Position numbers and translations under genes: made by a program. From Octopus sinensis (lineage: Eukaryota), in contig NC_043007.1 in NCBI RefSeq assembly GCF_006345805.1, positions 2,480,001 to 2,544,000 on the forward strand: DNA of 64,000 bases, given 5' to 3'. The notes under the pieces were generated by a model that saw nothing but the letters and a program-made list of their open reading frames with translations, had not been told where the DNA came from and did no database searches. How positions within the stretch are numbered: the stretch's first letter is position 1; each line of letters begins with the position of its first letter. Positions 29,010-43,074 of the stretch are shown here, one piece after another.

Positions 29010-29157
29010 AATAACAATGCTTCAAGTGTAATAAATAAAATTAGGGCAGAGTAAGGTTACCATACTTATGGTGAATTTCAATCAACGTGCCTTAGCTAAA
29101 ACACCAGTGTTTGATTGTGTGCTGCTTAATAAACTTATTACGACTTGAAAAGTTTTA

Positions 29158-29350
29158 GGCGGTGAGCTGGCAGAAACGTTAGCACGCCGGGCGAAATGCT
29201 TAGCGGTATTTCGTCTGCCGCTACGTTCTGAGTTCAAATTCCTTTCGGGGGTTGAAATTAAGTACCAGTTGTGTACTGGCGTCAATCTAATCGACTATCT
29301 CCCCACATCCTCCAAAAAAATTTGGGGCTCTTGTGCCTAGAGCAGAAAGA
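29158..29350 (+). mobile_element. SINE family 2 (tail A, internal deletion)
   Basis: Head and tail match the copy at 24751. Confidence 0.85.
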
Positions 29351-29815
29351 TTTTAAAAATTTACAATTAGTAATGTTACAATTAGCAATATGTTTACAAT
29401 CAGTAGATGAAGAAGATTCCTGGGAAGCGTCATTCTCATTTAATGAATTAGTTGAAGAATCAAAGATTGCATTCGAAAAATTCAAATCTGAAAATTTTAT
29501 TTTAGAAATATTCTGGGCATATTGATTCCTTGAACATCCTCAAACTCTCAAGTCTATTACGAAAGTAACATATTTAGAAATGCTATTAGGTTTCAGTAAC
29601 AAATATCTACAAATGATAGTCACTTTATCCGATTGATTTCAGCGACTCAACCTTTATGTATTAAACATTTATATCCAAGAACACCTTGCGTGTAAAGACA
29701 TATGTATCTTCAAAGGGATGTAACATAGAGCTACCTGTCTTCTTTCCTGATATGGTTGGCTTTGCTTCCTTTGAACAAGTATAACATGATAAATATCACA
29801 TACGTATTGAAAGAA

Positions 29816-30010
29816 GGCTGCGAGCTGGCAGAATCTGTTTCAGTCAGAGTAAAATGCCTTGTGACACTTCGTCCGTCTTTATGTCTTCGGTTCAAATACC
29901 ATCGGAGTCGACTTTCAGCCTTTTGGTACAGATTAATTAAATACCAGTTGAGGACTGGAGTCGAATAGCTCCTCCTCTCGAATTGCTGACCTAGCACCAA
30001 AATTTGAAGC
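29816..30010 (+). mobile_element. Degenerate SINE family 2
   Basis: ggctgcgagctggcagaatc...gtcgactttcagcc...ccaaaatttgaa. Confidence 0.7.
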
Positions 30011-30017
30011 CAAAATT

Positions 30018-30719
30018 ATATTCTTTTCTATTCTAGGCACAAGGCCCGACATTTTTCGGTTGGCGGGTGGCAGTCGATTAGATCGACCTCAGTATGCAAC
30101 GGATACTTAATTTATCGACCATGAAAGGACGAAAGGCATAGTCGACCTCCGCGGAATTTGATCTGAGAACGTAAAAACAGACGAAATACATATTTCTTTG
30201 CTACCCACAAGGGGCTAAACACAGAGGGGACAAACAAGGACAGACAAACGGATTAAGTCAATTACATAGACCTCAGTGCGTAACTGGTACTTAATTTATC
30301 GACCCCGAAAGGATGAAAGGCAAAGTCGAGCTCGGCGGAATTTGAACTCAGAACGTAGCGGCAGACGAAATACCTATTTCTATTTCTTTACTACCCACAA
30401 GTGGCAAAACACAGAGGGGACAAACAAGGACAGACAAACGGATTAAGCCGATTACCTCGACCCCCGTGCGTAACAGGTTTCTGCCAGGTCACCGCTTTAA
30501 AAAATATTCTTTCTTACTCTAGGCGCAAGGCGCAAATTTTTAGGAGTGGGGGCCAGTCGATTTGATCGACTTCAGTACGCAACTGGTACTTAATTTACCG
30601 ACCCCGAAAGGATGAAAAGCAAAGTCGACCTCGGCGGAATTTGAACTCAGAACGTAAGGACAGGTGAAGTACCGCTAAGAATTTCGCCCGGTTTGTTAAC
30701 GTTTTTGCCAGCTCGCTGC
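30018..30719 (-). mobile_element. SINE family 2 cluster: tail-B units stacked inside a tail-A copy
   Basis: Minus-strand order: full tail-A copy, short head, tail-B unit, tail-B unit, then a unit restarting at GTATTTCG and ending in tail A. Confidence 0.85.
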
Positions 30720-30768
30720 ATTACAATGATATATTGAAGGCAGTTTAGTTGATTACAAACACTCTCAG

Positions 30769-30831
<63 letters not shown>

Positions 30832-33257
30832 ATCGCTCTTCTATGAGAAGTATTTGGTATCGCTTCGAAGTGATAAATATTGCAAAAAGGTACCGGAAAA
30901 TAATTTTGTCATCGAAATGAAATATTTCGAAATATTGTATAAATATCTGTTATTTTACCAATACTACAATATATTTTCACCAACATATATTTTCTCTTTG
31001 TTATTTTATATTTTCAAATATTTAACGAGTTCTAAGCTCGTAAGTAAAAATGAAATTACGTAGTGATACCACATGTGCAAAAACACGAACGAAGTGAATA
31101 TTGTTTATAATTTTACGTAAGAGCAGATTATAACCTTATCAGGTTCACACTTACAAAGAATAAACATTGTTAGTCGTTTCCCAGGGAAAAACAAACAAAA
31201 ACAGTAATTATATTTGCACGTGTACAAGTACTTATTTTCTACATGTTCCCTCTGCAATTCATTGAACTGCTCGGTCTAAAAGGTGGGACAATTATACTTC
31301 ATAATGATATTTAACAGCAGTTCAAAGGAAATATGAAACGGCAATTTATATGTTATACAAGTAATGTAAAACAGTTGAAAGCATCAGTTACGTAATGTTT
31401 CCAGAGCAACGGAAAGCTACCAGTGAGTGTCAGTACCGCAAAGTAGCGAATGCGTATTTGAACTAGACAGTAATAATAAACAAGCCAGTTAAATAGGTTT
31501 GTAGGAACGTGTGTGCACAAATGTTCGTCAGTCAATGTACATTAAGAACTTCCTGTATAGAAAAAGGTGTTATAAAATGCTGCATAAGAATTATAGCTTC
31601 CCTTTATTAGGAAGAAAGGAGAGAAATAGTAATATACTCTTTACGGGAAATGGCGGAAATAATTTATCGTTTTGGGCATTTGTTCAGCTAAGCACACATT
31701 TCGAATAGAGACCAAGTGTTTGAAGTAGAGATTCAGTTGCTTCTATGGGTGAAGCATTAATCACAAGCTTCGATGTTTAATAAAAGTCTTTTAATCCACA
31801 ATGTGAATTATTGGGTGTCAAGAAAGAATGGTTTGGGACCCTAATGTTTCTTTCCTGGACTCCTCGGTGTGTGCGATCCCACCTAGCTCTTGTTATTCGC
31901 CTGAGCATCTAAAACTAACTGTCTACGAGTAGAGATGCACTGCTAACTTGATAATGGCATTGACAATCCGTTTGAACCAATTTGATGGAAGCTTATGTAT
32001 TTGAAGATTATACAAATAAAAAAAATCACAAACTTCGAAAGTCAATTTTTGAAGGACAGAAAAGCAATATCGTGGAGCGTTGCCGTGAGACACTTTCTGC
32101 AGTGCATGCCGGGACACGTTTACCGCTCAGTTCATTCTACTGTATCCTGGCTTTCCACCGTTAGTCGTCTGTTGCTACTGAACCAGAACCCCATGATTGT
32201 GGTCAAGTTCTGTGGCGATGAGAGAGAGCAGCTAACTAACAAGTGTGTATACACCCAAGCTAGATCTGTGAACCTTTGCAGAGTTACTCGAAACATCGGT
32301 GCAATTCTCTGTTGGACCAAGGCAGAAACTGAAATTAATCTATCCTGCGAGACTAAGTTGGCCATTTTGGGACGACTCCTTCGAGAGTTTGTTTTTTCAT
32401 TCTTCGGTAACAAAGAAGAAACGGCGCCATATATTGTAGTATCAGTAAACATCTGTTCATATTATTAATGCTTATGCCATGCACGGGCGTTGTTTTAGTA
32501 GCTGAACATCGTTTAGTTATTGAATATAATTACAGTTTTTAAGTAGAAAAATAACTTAGGAAAATTAGTCTTTTTCTTTAATAATCGAATTTAAATATCA
32601 GCGTAGCCATTCGTATATACTGGAAGTGATTGCAAACTTTCGATATAAGAGTGATTTTCTAACTTCTTGAGTTATATTATAATTGCGTTAGTCCAAAATG
32701 TGATATCTATACGCGATTAGCCGTGATAGATGATTATATTATAACTACAAGAAAAGGTAAATACGAGATTATCAGTATGATAATTAAATATACGGAAAAT
32801 AATAATCTTCAGACTAATGTCTCTGAAATAAAAATGATGTTATTATTTACAGAGTGGTAGAATTGTTAGTGCGCAGGATAAGGTGCTAGGAAGCATTTCT
32901 TTTTTTTTGGTGCTTTACATTCTGTGTTCCAATCACGCCGTAGTCGACTTTCGCTTGCATCCTTTCATACAATGCTCACACATATGTATAATTTTGTTCG
33001 TAAATAATGCTTATATACTAACCTAAATGCATATATGCCTGTGTAAGTGTACATGCGGACATATATACACTGTACAAATGATAAAAATATAAAAATTATA
33101 AAAAAATATATTATATGATTAGTGGGTAGTATAACCTGACAGGTATACAATATAAACATATATACATCAACACATATATGGATAAATATCTGCTTACTTA
33201 ACATTCATGCATAGCCAGATGTATATACAAATGTACATACGTGCACAAGAGTATAAC

Positions 33258-33301
<44 letters not shown>

Positions 33302-33305
<4 letters not shown>

Positions 33306-33531
33306 ATAACAAAGGGTAAAATTAATTAATTAAGAAGTAATCAATAATTTCACCAAGTAGAATTCAGCATGAAAAAAGGACGATTTCATGGTAAACTTAA
33401 GTAATACTAAATAATTAGGGTTCAGCAAAGATTTGCTTTACCACATAGAAGAAATAGCTAACGTTTTTTAGCTGCTATTTCTAAGCTTCGGTATGTGGTA
33501 AAGCAAATCTTTGCTGAACCCTAATTATTTA

Positions 33532-33535
<4 letters not shown>
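33302..33535. mobile_element. (TA)n-embedded fold-back insertion
   Basis: Perfect 44-bp inverted arms at 33404-33447 and 33492-33535; (TA)n on both sides. Confidence 0.7.
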
Positions 33536-33620
<85 letters not shown>

Positions 33621-33709
33621 ATATACATATGTATACATATATACATATACATACATACAAACATGTATTTGTACACTATTTTAAATGAAAAATATGATGC
33701 TTATTAGTT

Positions 33710-33820
33710 TTATTACGTGTTATTATTATTATATTATTATTATTACTATTATTATTATTATTATTATTATTACTATTATTATTATTATTATTATTATATT
33801 ATTATTATTATTATTATTAT
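33710..33820. repeat. (TTA)n microsatellite
   Basis: Visible directly. Confidence 0.95.
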
Positions 33821-34514
33821 CTGGATGGTTACTGTTTGCGTTTATATATCTAATGTTGGCATTAGGTTTTACTGTTACTTTTTGACCGTTTAGTACCTTC
33901 TGTAATATCTTCTTTAAATCTTTTCTATACAGTAACCAAAAATTCCGAAATACTACACTTACATTTTTCTATGAATATTAGACCTATTATTTACAACAAA
34001 TACATAATTGATGCTTATATATAAATCTTACTTCATTGTATTTTAAAACTCCTTATTTCCTTATTTGGATGTCCTATCCTAAGAATACAGCATCACCAGT
34101 TAATTTACTTCATTTACGGCGGTTTAAATTAGCTCATATATAGAAATTTATAGAGAAAATATCAGCCTTTAATATTTTAATATTATTATATATATTACCA
34201 CTCAATTTATATTTTTTTAGTCTTGTTTAGGATGGCCGTGACTCCAGGAGCAAGAGTACATTACAAGGTTATTTCTAACATCAACCTATGTAATTCTAAC
34301 GTCTTTTTAGTTTTTATCTAAGCTACCGGCGATTACTTTCTGAAAACTCAGATTTTCTATTATGAATATATCTGTCTTTCTGTACGAAACAAATTGTATA
34401 GCAACACGAGTGATAAAAACTATAATCCATTTTAACATCTAATCTCCATTTACATAAATATGAATGGATTTGTTGATCTATGTTTAAATATATATATATG
34501 TGTGTGTGCACGTA

Positions 34515-34571
<57 letters not shown>

Positions 34572-35617
34572 TATATATATTTTACAGAAAAGCAATTAAT
34601 AAAATTCGATAGCAGCTAGTATAGAAATAAAACACGTGGTTTGATCATAGTAGTCTTAAGTGGGACTTAAGTGTGACCTGTTTATAAAGTTATCTTTATT
34701 CAGAAAGTAAAGAACGGGAGAAAATATGAACAACCTCTATTTCTCTATCTACATATCTGAGATCTTGTTCCCAAAGCTTGTAAAAATAGGCATTTTTTAA
34801 ATAATATGTTCATATCACAATCTTAAAGATAGAAAGTTTAAAAAAACAATATCTCGTACTGGCCATTGTTATTTTAATTGTTATCAAATATCTTTTTTCT
34901 AGACGTATAAAAATATTTCTTTGCATATTTGTTTTTACGTTGTTGCTATTATTATCATCCATATAAAATTGTAAAATATTTTTTAAATAAAACATTTTTG
35001 AGAATAAAAGACTGATTTAATTTTCAAAAAATTTTCATGAATCAAATAGTTTTTGAAATATGAAAAAATTACAAAGAAATAATAATTATGTTAATAAATA
35101 CTTTAGACGTTTTTTAAAAAAACTTTAAATGCCTGTAGTGTCTAAATTATAGAAAATAACTCGCTAATACTGTTTTGTAGGAATGAAAGCAGCAGCATAA
35201 AGATTAATGATCCTCGTTCTTATTATTCCCGTTCATTTTTCAACATTTCAAAGGGTAATATTCCGAAATAAAAGACACTTTTAAATTAATGAATTGATAA
35301 TCATTTGCATACGTTTTGAACTGGGTGGGGATTGCATTAACTTAGAATGTCAATAGATTCTAAACCATTAAGATATTCTTTATTTTCTTTTCATCATTTG
35401 AACAAAAGAACACTGATAACATATTGATATTTTAATAGAAATATTCATGTTATAGAATAAAAAAAAAACATTGCTTGCATTTTTTTGTGTGTATGTTTTT
35501 TGTTTTCTCTGAAAAAGAAACAAAAGAACCTGGAAACGTAACGAATTTTGCGAGATACTAATACAGTGATTTCTTAAGTACACTCTCTTAGTACATGTAC
35601 GCGTATATTGCATACAT

Positions 35618-35649
<32 letters not shown>

Positions 35650-37788
35650 GGCTGGATGACTAGATGTGTGAGTCTACAGAATTCACTGAAAATGCATTCA
35701 TAAAACTTTTTCAATGAAACATTATAAAATTGCAGTGAAGAGCAACGCATAACTCTCAATAATTCTATAAATCTTGTTCTTTCTTCATTTTATATTTAAC
35801 ATATTATATAGAAATATTCTTAAATAATGCTATTTTTGTTTTTGTTTTTAGTGTATTATTCTGTCGCCGAATATATTTATTAGAAGACTTATATCGTACT
35901 CTGTTGAAAAAGATTTATATAAATACGAAACATTTGATTGGTGGTATTCGGGATTACCACTATCAGCGGTTAATTAGTGTCATTAGCTTCAGTTTAAGAA
36001 ATATTTATCTTTTAACATTTATACAGTTTCCATAATAGAGATATAAAATTAAATAACTGAAACAGCGAATCCAATATCATCGAAAGTCGCTTGCTGATAG
36101 ATTGTTGGCTGACTTTGTGTTTTGTTTATTTGATTTCACATCTGTAATGCAAAAACTGGACAAAGATTTACAAAAGCAAATATTTCATAAACTCTGTGTA
36201 ATTGGACTAATTGAACATTTATTAATATATCTGATTATTTCGTGTCTTTGTATTTCGAATTTTACACAATCAGAACTATTTTATATTCATGTCATCATTT
36301 TCTCTTTCAATATCATCGTAAATATTTGTGTCGTAAGGCTGTATCAAACATTTAATTGTCCAAACAGTGACACATTTATTTCCAGCTTGAAGCCATATTA
36401 CAAACTTTTGTGTATATACCTGCAATTTGTGTATATACCTACAATTTTCAATCACAGGGAATTTCATAAAGAAGTATTGCCTCTGAAAATCCTAATTACG
36501 TTCGTCACAACTCGATATAAACATTCATTTGGACTTCGTAGCGATTTCACTTATAATTAAGTGGCCATTGCAATGGTGAAGATAAATTCAATCTAGATTT
36601 TTAACTAAATTTCGCTTAACTTCCATTACTAACGCCGTTGAGAAAGACATAATGCTATCTACTTAGTTTCTGCATTTCCCCAGATATAATATTTCTAATT
36701 TTAACAGGGAAGTGCATATATTGCTTTTCATGAAATGTGAAGAAAACGGCAATATTTATCACTAATAAGAGAAATATAATTCTCTATACTACAGCACTTA
36801 TTACATTTGGCACGTATTAAGCAGCTGCACCATGTGTTTAATACGTATTACATACGACAGTTGCTGAAACAGGAAATCATTTAACCTGTTTGTCATTGCT
36901 GTAGGTAGAATTCTATACGATAGTAAAACACTTGCTACATTCCAATTTTAATTAAAAACAACAGAATGGAATGGAACCTAAATATGTAATTGAAAAATTG
37001 TCTTAGTGAACAATGCAGATAATTTATAATTTAGAGATTGCGATGCTTTCTGTTCAATGAATCGTTGATTAACTTATGTATTTCTAATTTATGGGGGAAA
37101 ATTCTGAAGTTAATTATCTTCTATATAACCAGGAAATAATTCAACAGTGTTTTGAGACTTCAGATAAATTTCCATACTCAGAATGTGGAACGAAATTATA
37201 CAATAGCGTCAGTGATCACATAAAAAGTGTCAAATTCTAAAAGGAAAGCACAGCAATAATTTACATGAAAAATACTAAAACGCTCAGCGACAAGCGTTTT
37301 TAGGAAATGCCTTCAAAAGACTGGCAATGTTTATTAGAAAAGTTACATAAATGATAGTTAATGAGAATGCACGCTGCTATCTTTTAAGAAAAATATACTA
37401 AGGTTTTCTAATAGAGCTCTCCATTATTAAAAGCATGCATCTTACATCGTATGGTTGGCTACACATGGTTAATGATTCACGACCACTATTCTTCTAATTC
37501 ACTGCGTATTTCTCTGTAAATTCGCGCGACCAATACGAAGGAAATAGAGCGTTTGATGTTAATGTATTCACCCAAATACAAGTATATGCGTTTCTCCTGA
37601 TTCAGAGACACCCGCAGTCAGGCCCATTGTTTAAATTTACAGCGTGTGGCTTTTCCAATAAATCAAATCAATAAATATAAATCTATAATGGTTTTCTTTA
37701 TTTACACTAACAGTGACTCTTCCATGAAACAAGACATCGGAAAACGTAGAGAGTACATTGAGAGACCGAAAACCTCATATATATATAT

Positions 37789-38039
37789 ATAAATGAAAGA
37801 ATGTAGTTGAACGACGATTTAACAAAATTCCTTTTTTCAGAGAATAAAGGAATTTTGTTAAATCGTCGTTCAACTCCATTCTTTCATTTATTTGTATTAA
37901 AAAAAACACACAAATTTCCACACGAAAGCACATGATCTCTGCCCTTGGCAAGTAGCTTCAACCGTGTTTTTCTGACGTGAATTTGCTACCCAGGTATCGG
38001 TTAACCGAATTATCCATACTAAGATAATTCATTCAACTA

Positions 38040-38041
<2 letters not shown>
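37789..38041. mobile_element. (TA)n-embedded fold-back insertion
   Basis: 46-bp inverted arms at 37789-37834 and 37846-37891 with one mismatch; (TA)n on both sides. Confidence 0.7.
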
Positions 38042-38069
<28 letters not shown>

Positions 38070-38073
<4 letters not shown>

Positions 38074-38306
38074 TGTGTGTATGTGTGTGCGTGTTTTGCC
38101 TCTATGTGTGTGTGTGTGAGTCTTTGTGCCTGGGTGTGTCCCCTGCTTAAGCCTAACAACCGGAGCAGGAACGTCTATGTACTCCGATAGAATAAGTACT
38201 AGGTTTAAAAAGTAAGTCGTAGGTCGATTCATTCGACTACACCCCGTGAAGGCGGTGCTGCAGCATCGCCACAGTCATATGACTAAAACAAGTAAAAGAT
38301 AAAAGA
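38070..38306 (+). mobile_element. 3' half of a SINE family 1 relative
   Basis: gatagaataagtactagg...ggcggtgctgcagcatcgccacagtc...aaacaagtaaaagataaaaga. Confidence 0.75.
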
Positions 38307-39363
38307 TGTATATATGTGTGTGTGTGTGTGTGTGGATTTCTCTCTTTCATTCTCTGTCTGTCTGTCTCCCCCTCTGTCTCTCTATGTCTATATATATATT
38401 TGATATGTGTCTACACCTTGTATGTGTGCCTGTGGGCGTAAGTGGAAAATTACGTATTTCAAAATGTCGGAAGGTTTCAAACCGTTCCAATTACAACGAC
38501 ATAGAAACGTATACATTTCATCGGTTTTAGAGTTATATAATGATTTAGCATATTGTAGTAACTTTGTTAATCATAAATGTCCTACAGTTTACCAACGAAC
38601 CACTGTACACTTCGTTTATTTTCAAAGAATATTTTACATGTTTGTATATACTGATGATTGGACATACGCAATGTACAAACAAATGTGATAATATGATTTT
38701 CCACAAGAGATTTATAAATTGTGTGTATATCTTACCTTGATTTTGGTAATATTTAAATTTGGGTAATTGTCTGCGTCGATAATTTTCTTGTTTGCGTATC
38801 GTGACATCAATATTTATCGAAGCTAGAATTTTGCAATTTCTATATTTTTGTTTGTCCTTTTCATTTAATAACCTCTAATCATGATGTCGCCTGGCCTGGC
38901 CTGGCGGCAAAGCGGCTGAAATTGCTATCGTAATATCGTGCGTTTATTTCGCAGAAAAAATGGTGCATTGTTTACTTGGATTGTCAAAGGCCCTTCTTCA
39001 AGCTGATGCACGTCATTCGGCTTTAAATGAGCTGCGTCGACCGCAGTGCGTCGCCTCGAGGATTATTAGTTCAAAACCTTATAGAGACAAGGTTTCAGTC
39101 TCTTTTGGTGGCACAATAAACAATGAATCCTCTTTGCACTCTCTCTGTTTCATGCCTGATTCTATTTCTACGGAGTCATGGTTAAAATGTTTCTCCTCTC
39201 CGGCAATTTCTTCTTCTAATCGCTTAGTTGACAAATGTCCGTGCGTGATATTAGAAGGTTGAAAACGAGAGCTCGTCTTCGTCTTATACTTGTATGCATG
39301 TATGCACCCGTGTGTACAAATATTATGTAAATACCAACACAGTTATTGGGAAACATAGTTATA

Positions 39364-39526
39364 AGCGCAGGTAAGTAGCTTGCTTGCCAGCCACATGGTT
39401 TTGGGTTCAGTCCCGCTGCGTGGTACCTCGGGCAAGTGTCTTCTACTATAGCCTCAGGCCGACCAAAGCCTTGTGAGTAGATTTGGTAGGTGGAAACTGA
39501 AAGAAGCCCGTCGTATATATGTGTAT

Positions 39527-39564
<38 letters not shown>

Positions 39565-39792
39565 GTATGTGTGTTTATATGTTTGTGTGTCAGTGTTTGT
39601 CCTCCCAACAATGCTTGACAACCGATACCCGTCTGTTTGCGTGCCCGTAGCTTAGCGGTTCGGCAAAAGAGACGAATAGAATAAGTACAAGGCTTACAAA
39701 GAATAAGTCCTGGGGTCGATTTGCTCGATTAAAGGGGGTGCTCTAGCATGGCCGCAATCAAATGACTGAAACAAGTAAAAGAGTAAAAGAGA
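39364..39792 (+). mobile_element. SINE family 1, near full length (A-box region deleted)
   Basis: Plus-strand copy of the 4381 family. Confidence 0.9.
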
Positions 39793-41974
39793 TATCTAGT
39801 AGAGTTGACGGAGGTGGGAATAGGTGCTCCAGTTGGCCTTTTTTGTGGTTACTTACAACATGTCAATTCAAAAGAGCACAAAGAATAATAGTACTGACGT
39901 AATTGGTAGAAAACTAGAGAAGCCAACGTTGAGAGGGCTCAAAAATTAAAACAAGAAACACTTTATATTCACCTGTGTCCTACATGAAGAGCGGTATGTA
40001 TGTTTAATATATTTCATGGATGGAGTTGAAAATGCCATGCCAGTCCCGAATTTATATGAACGAATACTTTTATTTATTAATTCACACCGGGGAGATGCAT
40101 TAATATTTTAACAGGAAAGGAATTAATTTCGTGTGATTTAAATTAACTGTTAGCAAGTTATCAAACATATGATGGTAAGTTTTTTCTCAGTGCATCTTTA
40201 TTTAATACTCCACAGCTCTACATAACATTGCACTGAAGTTAACTTATAAAGTAACAAGTTATATCTTGTTATTCCAGGTCTGTTATGGCTGATATGATAA
40301 AACGGCCCAATATTTCTTAACATGTTAGTTTGTAGACGTCTATCAGATTCCTCGATTTGTAATACGTAGGAGAGTGTCATTGTTTTCTAAATTGCTTACT
40401 CTCGCGATCCTAAGTTTTTGGTTTCGATACCTGTAAAGAGCTGTAGATGTGCCTTTGAACAAGGCAGTTCGTTATACGTTGAGCTAAAGTACTCAGCTAA
40501 GATAAGTGCCAACTGAGTGTGTGTGTGATGGTCGTGGTGGTGAGTAGTAAGGCCGTTTTCCCCTCCAGTTGTTACATGTTTCACTGCGACAAATGTAGAA
40601 GGCCCGGGAATATATCGATGTCAACTCGTGACTACATGAGTTCGTAAAACACCTAGAGAAAGCATGGTACACGCTTTGAAGTAATACTCCGTTGAGATCG
40701 ACGTTCGTATTTATATTTTTGTGACTCCTCTTATTAAAAAAAGTTCCATTTATGTTGCACACTAGACGCGCTTAACAAAATATTTCTAGGTAAAATTAAG
40801 CAACGTTATTTCAAATTTCGAAGTTTCCAATTATGAGAAGTTTTCTGTGGGAAAACTAATGGTATTTTGCTATACGCGCGCTTTCAATTAATATAACATT
40901 GGTTTAATCCAGTCTGGCGACAACGGTATAGTAGCTTTCTCTACGGCCTACGGTAGAAGCTCAAATTTATATGCGCATACACATACACACAGACACATAT
41001 GCACTTGCACACACACGTATGTACTCCCCAGCTCACTAATGTATGGAGGCACACATGTTCTGGAAGTAAGATAGACTAATAGGTGCAGTTGTTTAAGGTA
41101 TAAATACACAAAAGTGTTTTATGTGCATTTAATAAAAGTAAATGTCTAAAGTGAAGTATTACACGAATGTTTATTATAGATGGTGTAAGCACCTCAGACA
41201 TCACACAAACACAGACACACACAAGCACACAGACGCACACAAACACCCAGACACAAACAAGCACTTACAAAAATATTGATTACGTCATAAGAATTTAGAA
41301 ACTTCGAGGATGTTAAATAATTCTTTAATGGAACGGTGAATCTCATTGCAGATAAATCTATAACAGCAGGTAAATATTGAGTAAACAAAGTTTTCGATAG
41401 AAAGATCGAAGACCACTCGAAGGACATATTAAACATATATAAGTATGTGGCAATTTGTGCGTGTGTGTGCTTGTATATATATATATGTATATATATCAAC
41501 AATCAAGGAACGGCCATAATAGGCCATTCACCCACTAGAAATAACAGCCAAAGCTTCAACAGCAAATAAAAATCAATTCCGTAAACCAGGAGAAAATTTA
41601 AAAAACATTTACCCTGTAATTTCTTATACGATGCACCGTTTCATCTGCTGTTTAATGGTAAACTAACCTGATTAAATTAAATCAAGCCAATCTTCCATAG
41701 GCCCTCAGATTCTTCAGTAAGAAATAGCCAAGTCGAAGTCGGAACAGATATTTTCACGAGGCATTTCCGACCCTGCCAAGGCAATATCTGACCTAAAATT
41801 TTCAAATCATCGCACTCGCGCCAAATTTATCGGCAGCAAATAAATATAAGCCGTCGATTCCATTACGGAATTAACCAGAAAATTCATAATTAATCAATAT
41901 AGGGTGGCAAAAAATTTTGTAGAATTTTTTTGCCACCAGTGGGAAAAAATTAAATAGTCATATATTGATTAATC

Positions 41975-42009
41975 ATATATATATATATATTATATATATA
42001 TATACATAC

Positions 42010-42106
<97 letters not shown>

Positions 42107-42219
42107 GTATATATATGTATGCATGTATGTATGTATGTATGTATGTAAGTGTGTGAGCATGTGTGCGTGTATATATCCATCCACCCACACACACACAGGC
42201 ACACACACACACACATACG

Positions 42220-42252
<33 letters not shown>
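41975..42252. repeat. Compound (TA)n/(TATG)n/(CA)n microsatellite
   Basis: Visible directly. Confidence 0.95.
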
Positions 42253-42469
42253 GTGGGGTGGGGGTAGAAAAGAAAGTTATTTCACTCTACATTGTTAGGC
42301 ATATATAAAAAAGGATGAAATGTTATGATATTGATTAGAGCTTTTAGTTTTAAATCATTAATCGCTTAACCAGTTTCACAGATTTCTCTGATTCTCCAAA
42401 AGTTGAAACCGGTTAAGTTTAGAAAAAATTTTAAATACACAACGTAAACAAATCGCACTGCATGCTTAA

Positions 42470-42514
<45 letters not shown>

Positions 42515-42680
42515 TCTCTCTCTCTCTCTCTTTCTGTCTGACTCTCTGTATGTCTGTCTCTCCTTCTCTGTCGTCTAAATTACGCAAACATCAAAATAAC
42601 ACCGACGTCTCATTTTTCGTTTGTTGTCTTTTTATTTCATCATGAACACGCACACGCACACATATACATACCGACATACA

Positions 42681-42811
<131 letters not shown>

Positions 42812-42965
42812 TATATCGTTTTGGGATTTGGTTTGCAAGATTCTTTATATGAGTTCGTGTGTTGAAGCATAATCTGTTGTGTCTGGGGTGAGTCATTTTC
42901 TTTTTGTGCCTTATAATGTGTAAAACACTCACCAGTAAAAATTCCACTTTTTAAAATATTTATTT

Positions 42966-43006
42966 AACTAAAATTTTCGTTGCGTCTTGCAACCTTTTCA
43001 ATAGTC
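42966..43006 (-). ncRNA. Minimal type I hammerhead-like motif (U3:A8 variant)
   Basis: gacta-UUGAAAAG-GUUGC aagac GCAAC-GAAA-AU-UU-uaguu. Confidence 0.5.
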
Positions 43007-43074
43007 TTGAATATATATAACATTCAGAAAACGTGATGTAAATAAACAAACAAACATATACTAAATAGTCAGGA

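Noticed and set aside
31923-32468. Overlapping ORFs of 60-157 aa in unique sequence
   Set aside because: No recognisable domain or convincing splice pattern; cannot be called without a homology search.
36102-36560. 152-aa ORF
   Set aside because: TTG start in AT-rich DNA with no recognisable motif.
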